Virus record (IMG/VR): IMGVR_UViG_3300045988_010396
Location: 37,395 to 101,394 of that record
Origin: a virus
DNA length: 64,000 nucleotides
Reading direction: 5' to 3' (one strand)
Below, in pieces: positions 36,802 through 47,200 of the stretch. Positions within the stretch are counted from its first letter, which is position 1, and each line of letters starts with the position of its first letter. Position numbers and translations under genes: made by a program. The notes under the pieces are model-generated. The model searched no databases and was not told the origin of the DNA. It saw only the letters and a list, made by a program, of their open reading frames with translations.

Positions 36802-37143
36802 ATGGACAATTATCCAATGGGAGCTAATACTCCTAATGCACCCTGGAATCAGGTTGACAGTCCTGAAAGGGAAATTGAGGTCACAGTGAGTGTTACCCTT
36901 AGTAAAACTGTAAGGATTAGTGTATCTGACTATGAGATTACTGACTCTGGAAAGGATGAAGATGGTGAATACTTTGAGAATATAGACTACTCAAACTGTG
37001 ACCTTAAAGGTGCAGTTGAAGAGCAGATTGTATTGCCTCAGGAGGCTTGGGATTATATAGCCCCTAAATCAAGGAGGGAGGTCAATGCCATCTTTGACTT
37101 AAAGGGCTGGAATGTTGATGACTTTGAAGTTGTAAAGGAATGA
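36802..37143 (+). CDS. Hypothetical acidic protein, 113 aa
   Basis: ORF only. Confidence 0.4.
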   Translation: MDNYPMGANTPNAPWNQVDSPEREIEVTVSVTLSKTVRISVSDYEITDSGKDEDGEYFENIDYSNCDLKGAVEEQIVLPQEAWDYIAPKSRREVNAIFDLKGWNVDDFEVVKE

Positions 37144-37940
37144 TAGATAACTTTGAATTAACCAAGAGTCTCTTCTATTTCAATGAAGCAAATGATATGT
37201 TCTTCCACTTACAGATTGTTCAAAGAGCCAAAGACCATAAGGGCGAGAACAAGAAGGTAAAGGAAGGTGCAATTAAAACTTACTTCATTAAAAGTAGAGA
37301 ACACCTTGATAGGGTAAAAGAGGAAGTCATATTCCTCTGTGAACACTATAGTGCAAGAGCCTACATCAATGTGTCTGGGAAGGACTTCTCAGCTTTACAG
37401 AACCTGATGCTTGCTAAGTTGGCAGAGTATAATCTGAATGGTACTGTCAGAGACCCTAGGAGAATACTTAATAGCGCAGCAGGTGAGTTAAAGTCAAGAA
37501 GTCCTAAATGGGTAGTTGATGTAGATGATGTATCTATGCTTGATAACATAAGAAAGAAGGTGTGTGAACTCTATTATAAGGCACATGGGGAGAAAGGGCA
37601 AGCTATACCCATCGAGGATATTACAGATAGGATGATACCTGCTATAGTGGCAGAATTCCCTACCAAGAGTGGTGTTCATCTTATAGCCAGACCTTTCAAC
37701 TTAAAGGAGTTCCATGATATATTCCCAAATGTAGATGTTCATAAGAACTCTATGGGTACTGTATTGTATATTCCTGATAGCCTAAAGCATAGGTATGTAT
37801 GTAGTGAGTGTGGCAGTCCCAATGTTCAGGTACCAGCATGGGTCAATGCTAATACCAATGAGTATATAGATGACATAACTGATGATACTGAATGTTGGTG
37901 TGAGGATTGTAGGAAACATACTAAACTTAAGGAAGTATGA
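37140..37940 (+). CDS. Hypothetical protein with C-terminal zinc ribbon
   Basis: C-terminal CSECGSPN...CWCEDCRKH. Confidence 0.4.
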   Translation: MIDNFELTKSLFYFNEANDMFFHLQIVQRAKDHKGENKKVKEGAIKTYFIKSREHLDRVKEEVIFLCEHYSARAYINVSGKDFSALQNLMLAKLAEYNLNGTVRDPRRILNSAAGELKSRSPKWVVDVDDVSMLDNIRKKVCELYYKAHGEKGQAIPIEDITDRMIPAIVAEFPTKSGVHLIARPFNLKEFHDIFPNVDVHKNSMGTVLYIPDSLKHRYVCSECGSPNVQVPAWVNANTNEYIDDITDDTECWCEDCRKHTKLKEV

Positions 37941-38143
37941 GATGCGCAGTGATTGATGAGTTTGTAGTAATTTGAATTTATATTATATGACATTTATAAT
38001 TCACCATAAAGATGGTCATAGAGAGACTTATAGTAATACTTATGATGAAGATGATGAGTATGAAAGAGATGCTGCATGGGATGATGTAAGAATGACATTT
38101 CCTGATGCTGATTATATAGAAGCTTTCTAGTATATTTATAAAT

Positions 38144-38326
38144 ATGAGTGGTATTAGAGTAAGTATTAAGACAAAAGCTAAAGAGACTCTGAAATTATCA
38201 AATCATCTAAGAACATATCTTTTTCAAGAGGAGTATGATGAATTAAGTAATTGTACTCCTTCTGAAAAGAAAGTACTTAAAGATGCTTTGTCAGTTCTAA
38301 ATTCCATAATAGTTAAAAGTAAATGA
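38144..38326 (+). CDS. Small hypothetical protein, 60 aa
   Basis: ORF only. Confidence 0.3.
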   Translation: MSGIRVSIKTKAKETLKLSNHLRTYLFQEEYDELSNCTPSEKKVLKDALSVLNSIIVKSK

Positions 38327-38327
38327 T

Positions 38328-38747
38328 ATGCCAAAGATAATTTTATGTAGAGGTATTCAAGGTAGTGGTAAGACTACATGGGCTAAACAATGGGTACTTG
38401 AAGACCCAGAACATAGAGTAAGATTTAACAATGATGATATCAGAAATATGTTAGGTAAGTATTGGGTACCTAGTAGAGAGCCTATAGTTACAATTATGAA
38501 AAACAGCTTTATACAAGGGGCTGCTATTTTCCATCATGACGTTGTAATAGACAATATGAATCTTAATAGTACAGAAGTTGAGTACTGGAAAAGGACAGCC
38601 AAGGTGTTTAATTATGACCTTGAAATCAAGAATTTCTTTACTCCTCTTCAAGAGTGTATAGATAGAGATTCTAAGAGACCTAATCCTATAGGGGAAAAGG
38701 TTATAAGAAATACGTATGAAAGGTATAAAGATATTCTTGAAGCATAA
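38328..38747 (+). CDS. pnk: Polynucleotide 5'-kinase (T4 Pnk kinase-domain-like, stand-alone)
   Basis: MPKIILCRGIQGSGKTTWAKQW...NNDDIRNM...VVIDNMNLN aligns to T4 Pnk [22 protein letters not shown]...NRDDYRQS...VIISDTNLN. Confidence 0.65.
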   Translation: MPKIILCRGIQGSGKTTWAKQWVLEDPEHRVRFNNDDIRNMLGKYWVPSREPIVTIMKNSFIQGAAIFHHDVVIDNMNLNSTEVEYWKRTAKVFNYDLEIKNFFTPLQECIDRDSKRPNPIGEKVIRNTYERYKDILEA

Positions 38748-38753
38748 TATAAT

Positions 38754-39011
38754 ATGAAAATATTAAAATTTTACTCTCCTTGTTGTGGACAATGTAAGGT
38801 TGTAGCAAAGGAGTTTAAGAACCATCCTATTGATGCTCCTATTGAGGACATTAATGTGATGGAGAATCCTGAAGTAGCTGACAAGTATAATGTTAAAGGT
38901 CTTCCTACTATTCTACTTCTTAATGATAAAGAGGAAGTAGTAGAGACTTGGCGTGGCATTGTAAAGTCAGAGGTTATTAACAGTATGATTAAGGAATATG
39001 AAGCTAATTAA
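38754..39011 (+). CDS. Thioredoxin/glutaredoxin-like redoxin (NrdH-like)
   Basis: 85 aa; CxxC motif SPCCGQCK; position between the kinase and thyX in the nucleotide-metabolism cluster. Confidence 0.5.
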   Translation: MKILKFYSPCCGQCKVVAKEFKNHPIDAPIEDINVMENPEVADKYNVKGLPTILLLNDKEEVVETWRGIVKSEVINSMIKEYEAN

Positions 39012-39927
39012 GCCAAGTTTTGAAATATGGGAACAGCCTGCTGGTCTTGAAGGAGTTTATAAACAGATTGAGAGAGTAGGTAGAGTATGTTATAAGTCTG
39101 AGGATAAGATAACAGAAGATTCTGCCAAGCCATTTGTAGATAGGATGATTAAGTCTGGTCATGGTGCTATGTTGGAGCATGGCACAGTGTATTTATATAT
39201 CAGAAGGAAGGGTAATGAATCCTTAGAGGCGGATAGGTATCTTATGAATCCTTATTCAAAAGTGGTATTTAGCCAATCTCCTAATTCAAGGGATATGGAA
39301 ATCTATATTACTACTAATCTCAGAGTGTTAGTAGAGAATGGTTGGCTTGATGACTTAAAGTACATCTGTGAACCTACAGAGTACCATGAGAGAAGAGTTA
39401 CTGTACACTTTGTATGTGATAGAGGTGTATCACATGAGTTTGTAAGGCATAGAGTAATGTCTTTTGCTCAGGAAAGTACAAGGTATTGTAACTATTCTAA
39501 GGATAAGTTTGGCAGTGAGCTTACCTTTATTATTCCTTGTTGGATGGACATGCACGATACTGATGAAGGAAGAGAGGTAACTCGTAATTGGAATTTTGAT
39601 ATTTTAGATGGATGTTCTATTATAGCAGAAGAAGGTGAGTTTGATGATGCTAGAGATGCTTTTCTAACCTCTCTTAATGTGGCAGAGCATTGCTACCTAG
39701 AATTATTACAAAAAGGCTGGACTACTCAACAAGCAAGAGCTGTTTTACCAAACTCCTTAAAGACAGAATTGGTAGTCACAGGATTTATTAAAGACTGGAA
39801 ACACTTCTTTTCATTGAGAAGTGGGATTGCTAAAACAGGTAAACCACACCCACAGGCTCAAGAGTTAGCTGAGCCTCTCATGGATGAATTTGTCAAGAGA
39901 GGTATAATGGAAACACTTATTAAATGA
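38998..39927 (+). CDS. thyX: Flavin-dependent thymidylate synthase ThyX
   Basis: Exact ThyX signature RHRVMSFAQESTRY (RHRxxSxxxxSxRY). Confidence 0.85.
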   Translation: MKLIKPSFEIWEQPAGLEGVYKQIERVGRVCYKSEDKITEDSAKPFVDRMIKSGHGAMLEHGTVYLYIRRKGNESLEADRYLMNPYSKVVFSQSPNSRDMEIYITTNLRVLVENGWLDDLKYICEPTEYHERRVTVHFVCDRGVSHEFVRHRVMSFAQESTRYCNYSKDKFGSELTFIIPCWMDMHDTDEGREVTRNWNFDILDGCSIIAEEGEFDDARDAFLTSLNVAEHCYLELLQKGWTTQQARAVLPNSLKTELVVTGFIKDWKHFFSLRSGIAKTGKPHPQAQELAEPLMDEFVKRGIMETLIK

Positions 39928-39953
39928 GTTTATAACTAATAAATATTTTTAAT

Positions 39954-40574
39954 ATGAGAACGGGTATTAAAGTAGGAGATGTGCTTAGTGAGGCCAGTCA
40001 TTATATAGTGACTGGTCTTAATTTTGGTAGTAGTATCAGATGCAAGCACTTTGAGAGTGGTGAGGAAGTCAATATAGGCAAGTCCTATATAGACAACTAC
40101 ATTAAGTCTGGAGATAACTATGACCAAGAGGTTAAGGTAACTAAGGAAGACAAGAAGGATGGTACTCTTGGTATTAGAAGTATCTGGGAGAACATCCACT
40201 CTGGCCAGGTATTCACTGTGTGCTTTAAGAAGCAGGATAAACCTAAGAGTAAGAGAAAGTTACAGGAAGATATTGATGCTATTGTAGAGCAGTTCTCAAA
40301 TAGTATTGATGCAGTTAAGAACAGTAAGAAAGGTGTTGCAAATGCAGCAAAGAATCTTGTTACTGAGCTGGTCAATAACCCTGTACTTCCTTATGAAGAA
40401 GGAGATGAGAGAGTACTTAGAGGCTACAAGATTCAGTTTGAATCAAGAGATGGCAGGTATGATTGTGTGGATATGGATATTATCAAGACTGACAAAGAGT
40501 CAGGTATTAGACCAGTCAATATTCTGACCATTAAGTGGCTCATTTATAATGGTGTTAAATACATAGTGGAATGA
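39954..40574 (+). CDS. Hypothetical protein, 206 aa
   Basis: ORF only; Lys-rich. Confidence 0.4.
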   Translation: MRTGIKVGDVLSEASHYIVTGLNFGSSIRCKHFESGEEVNIGKSYIDNYIKSGDNYDQEVKVTKEDKKDGTLGIRSIWENIHSGQVFTVCFKKQDKPKSKRKLQEDIDAIVEQFSNSIDAVKNSKKGVANAAKNLVTELVNNPVLPYEEGDERVLRGYKIQFESRDGRYDCVDMDIIKTDKESGIRPVNILTIKWLIYNGVKYIVE

Positions 40575-41149
40575 ATGCGTCAGTAACTAAAGAAGACTTG
40601 ATTGGTCAGATTACCAACTTCCCACTATGGATAGTGAAAGCTATGGTGTCAAACCAAGTGAGGCAAGGTAATCCAGCCAATGTCAAGGTATTCCAAGAGA
40701 AGGTAGATGCCTCCTTTGTTGAAGGTGGATTCAGTTGGAATAAGTCAGCAGAAGGTCAGTTCTTCTGGAGTAAGGTAATCAATGGTAAACAATTTCCTAA
40801 AGAGATTACTCCTCTTGATAAATCCATTGAGCCTGCTGATGAGAGTCCAAAAGAGGCTGTTGTTGAAGCAGTTAAGAAGATACCTGCTTATAAGGTGGGT
40901 GATATAGTTAAGGTAAAGAATGGTAAGAATATTATCACTAGGATAGTTATTGGGTATTTCCCAGAGCTGCCTAATCCTTATATAACTATGACTGTGGATG
41001 GCTTTAACATTTTTAAGGAAGGTAAAGCTACTGAGTGTAATCTTAGAATAGTAGCACTTAAAGAGCCAGAGTATGTATACCTGACTCTTAAAGACATATC
41101 TGAGGGTAAAGGTGTGGGTGTAGACCCTGACCTTATCAGAATAGTATAA
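40571..41149 (+). CDS. Hypothetical protein, 192 aa
   Basis: ORF only. Confidence 0.4.
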   Translation: MNASVTKEDLIGQITNFPLWIVKAMVSNQVRQGNPANVKVFQEKVDASFVEGGFSWNKSAEGQFFWSKVINGKQFPKEITPLDKSIEPADESPKEAVVEAVKKIPAYKVGDIVKVKNGKNIITRIVIGYFPELPNPYITMTVDGFNIFKEGKATECNLRIVALKEPEYVYLTLKDISEGKGVGVDPDLIRIV

Positions 41150-41237
41150 TAGAGCAAGGGTGGGGTGTAGTAATACATCCTACCTTATTGTTATATTATT
41201 AAAGGTGTTAGAGGTGAAGTAAAAACATCCTTAATAC

Positions 41238-41269
41238 CTTGCACAACTACAATTAAATTACTACTTTTG
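41238..41269 (+). promoter_or_regulatory. Candidate Bacteroidetes-type promoter for the giant-gene block
   Basis: TTG at 41239-41241, then about 20 nt, then TACTTTTG (TAnnTTTG -7 consensus) about 20 nt before the ATG at 41290. Confidence 0.35.
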
Positions 41270-41289
41270 CACAAACTAATTAAAGAAAT

Positions 41290-44200
41290 ATGAGTAAGAC
41301 AACTTGTTATAATCCACTCAAAGGAGTAGATGATGTTATAGCAGCTCAAGTACCCTCATGGAATAGTCACTATGTGGCTAACCTTAGAGGCATGTATGAG
41401 GAGGCTAAGGGCAAGTCTACTACAGATGTGAATGAGTTACTGGCATTTAGAAGAAGCTTAAATGATAAAGATGCCAAGGCTCTTACAGAAGCCATCACAA
41501 ACCCAATAGCAGCATATGACCAGTTAAAAGAAGCTTTCTCTACTCAAGAGAGAGTTGATAGAGTTAATATGATAGCTAATACATTCTCAGATGTTGTTGA
41601 TGCTATACAAGAAAGCAATCCTAGTCTTAGCAGAGAGGACATTATTATGGGCTATACAGACCAGAATGGTAAGTTCCAAGGTGGTCCAGCATTCATATAT
41701 AGTGAGGTGTATAAAACCCTCAAAGCCGAGATGGATGAATATGCCGAGAATGGCTATGAGGAAGAGGTAGAGAAGTATAGACGGGTATTTAAGAACTGGG
41801 GAGCTTTAGTGACTTATACTAATACTACTCTTAGAGATACAGAGGGTCTTAAGATAGGCACTAAGCTAACCTTTGCTGATTCTTCTACCATTGCTGACTA
41901 TGATGAGAATACTGCTGTAGAGTCATTTGTAGCTGAGGAAGCTCCTAGAGAATCATGGCAGGAAGTGTCAGAGTCTGTAAGTCCTTTTGGGAGTACTTCT
42001 ATACTAGTAAGAAGGCTGCTAGGGAGACTATCTGGGTATACTTCTAAGAATGAAGAAGATTATGATGACCTTGGTCATCTTAGGAGATTACCTGCCGTAC
42101 AAGTGCACCAAGCACTTATGGAAACCCTTAGAGGTATGCAGAGCGAAAGTGATATGGTGGCTATTCTGAAACAGAATATGAATAGTAAGCCCTACATTAG
42201 TTCTATACTTGAGGAGTTTGCTAAAGACCCTATACTCAGAACTCAGTTCTTTGTAGATTTTAGTAAGGTCTTTCAGTTATACTCAATGCAGAATGAGACA
42301 AGAAAGGGAGGTATTACCACATATAAGAATAGTGTACTCAATATTCTCTCAAGAAAGAGTGCCTATAGGAGGTATTCAGTGGCACTGGCGACTAGGACTC
42401 TCAAGGCTGATAATGCAGTCTTTAGATATGAAGATGAGGGTACTTTGGTAAATGAAGCTAGAGCAAAGCAGCTAGCTGACTTTATAGAGAAGTATTTAGG
42501 TACTGACCAAGACATCTTCAGTAAGTTCAATGAGCAGGGCTTCTCTAATCAGGATAGGATAGACTTCTATAAAGCTGTACTACCTGTACTTGGTATTAAC
42601 CTTACTGAATCTGGCTATGATGTTCTTGTAAAGGACAATAAGAGAGTTATGTCTCTTAATAGAACTCTTAAAGACCTTCCAGCTATTCTTAGAAAAGCTA
42701 AAGATGGTATGAAGTTCCAAGACCTAATTGACTTAAGAATTGGCCAAGGAGCTAGTGAGGGGTATCTAAAGGAGAAGATAGGTAAGATATTTCAAGTTAC
42801 AGAGAGCTTAGATAACAGTAAGAAGGTATTAAGCAGAGTAAGGTTCCAAGACAACACTTATTACAGTGATATACAATCATCTTATCTTGGTAGATTCAGA
42901 GATACTATAGATGCTCTAGCTAGGAAAGGCAACAAAGCAAAGCTACAGTCTTATCTAGAGGAGCATTTCTTGAGAAATGATTTCTTTAGAAACTCTGATG
43001 GCAAGATATATAATAAGTGGCTTCAAGACCTTTACTACAGCAACCTTCAAGACCAGAAGAGCTTTGCTAATATGTTCACTTACAAGAAGTTCTTAGGTGA
43101 TGATAATCAGAAATTTGAGGATTTCACAGGCAAGAAGCAGGCTATAACCTTGATAAATGAGTACTTTGCAGAGTCTAAGGATTATGCTTGGTACCCAGTA
43201 TTTATATTAGGAGATAGTGGTGCTTCAAAGTGGATTAGGGCTAAGAGATACTCATCTGACCAGATAATAACAGGTCTCTATAATGTATATCTTCAAGAGA
43301 AGATATTTCAGAGGGAGATTAAAGAACTCAAGGAGGGACTTAAAAGAGAAGGCAAATCTCTTGGAAGTCTTGCTAAGATTGATGAGACTAAGTTTGGTTT
43401 ACTGCCATTCCTAAATGAGAAGAAGTACAGTGACATGATAGACATGACAAATATTGAACAGTCTGTCAAAGCTGCTATTAAAGCTCATCTAAGAGATGCC
43501 TTCAATGAGTATATGATTAAGTTGGATAGGGCAGGTGTTCTAGGTAAGACCCAGAAAGGTGACTATAAGTACTTGAGTATGCTAACTAAGTACATAACCA
43601 AGGATAAGCAGAAGTTGACTGGTGATGATGCAGTCAGAGCTAACCTTATGGATTACTTCTACAATAGTAAGTTTGCTACTGTAATGCAGATGCAACTTAT
43701 GACTGTAAATCCTATATTCTATAAAAATGGAGATAGCACAGATGTTCAGAAAAGATATAAAGAAATTCATGCCTCAGGCAATAGAGTAAGTGTAGAGGCT
43801 GTAAATCCTTTCACAGGTGAAAGATTCAGTGATAGAGACTATCAGACTACTGTATATTTTGATGATGTTGAAGTGAACCCAGAAGATACTAATCCTGAGT
43901 TTATGGAGGTCATAGCCAAAGTATATGGTAAAGATAGTGAAGTCTATAAGACCTATAGGGATAAGACATCTTTCACTGATGGCCAAGGTTATAGAACTCT
44001 TAAATCTTATAGAGCTGTGATGGGTATGGCTGGAAAGTGGAATAAGAAATGTGAAGATGCTTACAATGAGATTGAAAGTATTAGAGCAGATATTAGGTCA
44101 CAAGGTGGAGAGATAACTGATGAGCAAGCCCAAAGAATAACTAGCTTAATGGTTACATTCCAACCTATCAAGCCATTCACCTATACACTTGAAAGATGGA

Positions 44201-47200
44201 AACTTGGCAATAGTGTATTCCAGATACCTGTGCAAATGAAGTATGCTGAAACAGTTATGATACCTGAACTGATGCAGAAGGGCAGTAAGTTAAGAGATAT
44301 GCTTGAGTGGGCTGAACAGAAGAATGTAGATGTGGTTGCGGCTACTACTGCTGTAAAAGTAGGTTCATTTGGTGCTGTAAATGTGAAGGATGCTACTAAT
44401 AAGGATGAACTGAATGCTTCTTTAGATAATGCTATCATTCACAATCTGAGCTATGATGACTATGTTATTCAGAATAACATTCCTGAGCATATCCAAGGCT
44501 CACAGCTGTTCGCTACTCAAAGCAGAAAGCTGATATTTGCTGGTTTACAGCAGGTTGATGCTAATGGAAACACTATGTACTATGACCATTATACTGATGG
44601 TAACAGAGTTAATCTTGGTAATGGTATGGTCAGGCTCAATGCTTATAACCTCAACAGGTTCTATATAAGTCTTATAGCAGCTAACATGCTTGAGGACTTT
44701 GAAGAGTTTTCTTCTACTATAAAGGACCCCGAGAAAGTTAGACAAGCCCTAGTTCAGATGACTGTTAATAACAGCAGGGAGACTAGGGATAACCTTAGAG
44801 GCTATGGCAAAGGCATGGAGCATGACTTCCTTCTAGCATTATTTGAAGGGGGTATTGAACATGATACAGCAGCATTGTTGCTGAGTATGTTCAAGAAGCA
44901 AGTCAACAAGCAAAAGATAAATGGAGGAAGTGCAGTTCAGGTATCAGCATTTGGTATAACTGGCTATACTGAGGACGATAATCTTAGGTTTGTCAAAGAC
45001 CCTAATAATGATGCTAATATCCTATATGCTGAGTGTGAGATACCTTGGGACTTAAGCTATACTGATAGCAATGGCAATAAGGTTGAGTTACAATTCAGTG
45101 ATTGGTGTAATGCTGATGGTACATTAAAGATGGGTAAGAATGGAGTTTCTCTACTAGAGACTAAATTCCCAGGAATCACCTCTTTTATAGCATATAGAAT
45201 ACCTACAGAGGATAAGTACTCCATGTTGAACTTAAGAGTAAAGAGATTTACTCAGAAGGTCAATGGTGGTGGTACTATTAAAGTTCCTGCTCAAGGTACT
45301 ACTATTGCTGGATTTGACTTTGATATTGACAAGCTCTACTTTATGAGAAGGGAATATAAGGTCAAGAAGAGTGATAAAGCTGGAGAGTTAGGAAGTCAAA
45401 TAATCAAAGCACTGTTTGGTGAGTCTGAGCATACAGATATAGCTGACGTGTTTGATGTACATGACTTTGAGGAATTTGATTATTCTAAGCCTGCATGGGA
45501 TAAAAGTCAGAGCAGAGTGGCTAGGAACAATATGCTAATCACTCTTATGCAGAAGAGACTTGAAGACCCTCAGACTATAAAGGATAGAACCACTCCTGGT
45601 GGATTTACTCATGCAAGTGCTGCTGCTAAGTATATCAGAACTCTTATGGGTATAGATAATCTGAATTATGATTATTCTGACCCTTGGACTATGGTAGTAT
45701 ATAATCAGCAGAACCAAGTAGCAGGTAAGCTAATTGGTATATTTGCTAATCAGAATACCAATAATGCTATTGCTTCATTGATGAAGGAGTTCAGCTTGGT
45801 GCAACCTATAGCATTTGGTAATCATCCTAATGGACTAAGTAATCTTCTTAATCCTAACACCCTGACTAAGGAGTTATTGGCAGCATCTGTGGATGCTGTT
45901 AAAGACCCTGTGCTTAACTTCCTGAACTTAAATACTATCACAGCAGACAGTGCAGGTATGTTATGTAGATTGGGATACAGCTTTGAGGAGATTGGTCTGT
46001 TAATGAACCAACCTATAATAAGAGAACTCTGTGAGTACTGTATGGACAACAATATGTCTGATATAGATACTGCAATAGATAATCTGTTACAGGATTATGG
46101 TGCAAGAGGTAATTATGCTGATATGTCATTCTCAGAACTGACCGTAGATGTACTGGCTAAGAATATAACTGACTTCAGGGACAACCCAGACATTATGCAC
46201 AATAGTAACTATGTGTTCAATCAAGCCCAGGTGTTAGAACTATTCAGAAGTATCTATGCCACAGCTAAAGAGGTAGGAGCTTTTGTTACTAATACTAAGT
46301 TTACTGCATCGAATGCTGTTAAGTCTACTTTCGGTGGTATGTATGCTCAGCAAGACAGAGTGATTAGATATGTGAATAACCTTAAGTCCTCAAAGAATCC
46401 TAGATTGAGTATTGTAGTGAGTGACTATGTTGATAGTCCAATTACATTAGGTCTTGATATGAGTAATATTGAGGAATATATGGCACAGATACTCAACAAT
46501 CCTTTTGGATATGAGCAAGTGATGTATGATGCTAATGTTCAAGCTGTAAAGGAACTTGGCAAGTACTATCCTTATGGCAAGCCAACGTATACTAAAATTA
46601 GGAACTTCATGACTGATTTGACTAAATCAGGGCTTGATGAGACTACTATAGACCAGATACATGAGTATATGCTAAGGTATATGATTGGTCTGGATGAACA
46701 AAGTAAGTTCAATCCTGAATATCCTATTAACCTTGATAATGGAGAGACAGTAAGGGCAGAAGACTATTATACTAAATATGTCCCTTTGAAGGTAAGTAAC
46801 CTTTTAAGGACAAATAAAGAGTTAAAGAGTCTACCTATCTTTAGTCTACTCACATTTGAGGAAGGCAATGATGGTAATGTGCAAATGAAGATAGCTGATA
46901 GTGGTGCTTTAACACCTACCCAGAAAGATGAAGTAAGGGATAGCTGGGAGGTACTATTAACTAATCCTGAGTTATCTCAGGTAGCTAAAGACCTTTATAT
47001 GTACTCTTACTACCAGTCAGGATTTGGGTTTGGAGTTATAGGGTTCAATCACTTAGCTCCGTTAGAGTTGAAGCTGCAATTAGACCTCAATGGCGAGACT
47101 AGTTATACTAGTTTCTTGGATAATGTGTTGGATGACAACATACCTGTTGACGAGGTTAGGTTTGCTCAAATGTTCTTAAGCACTCATAGGGATAACAACA

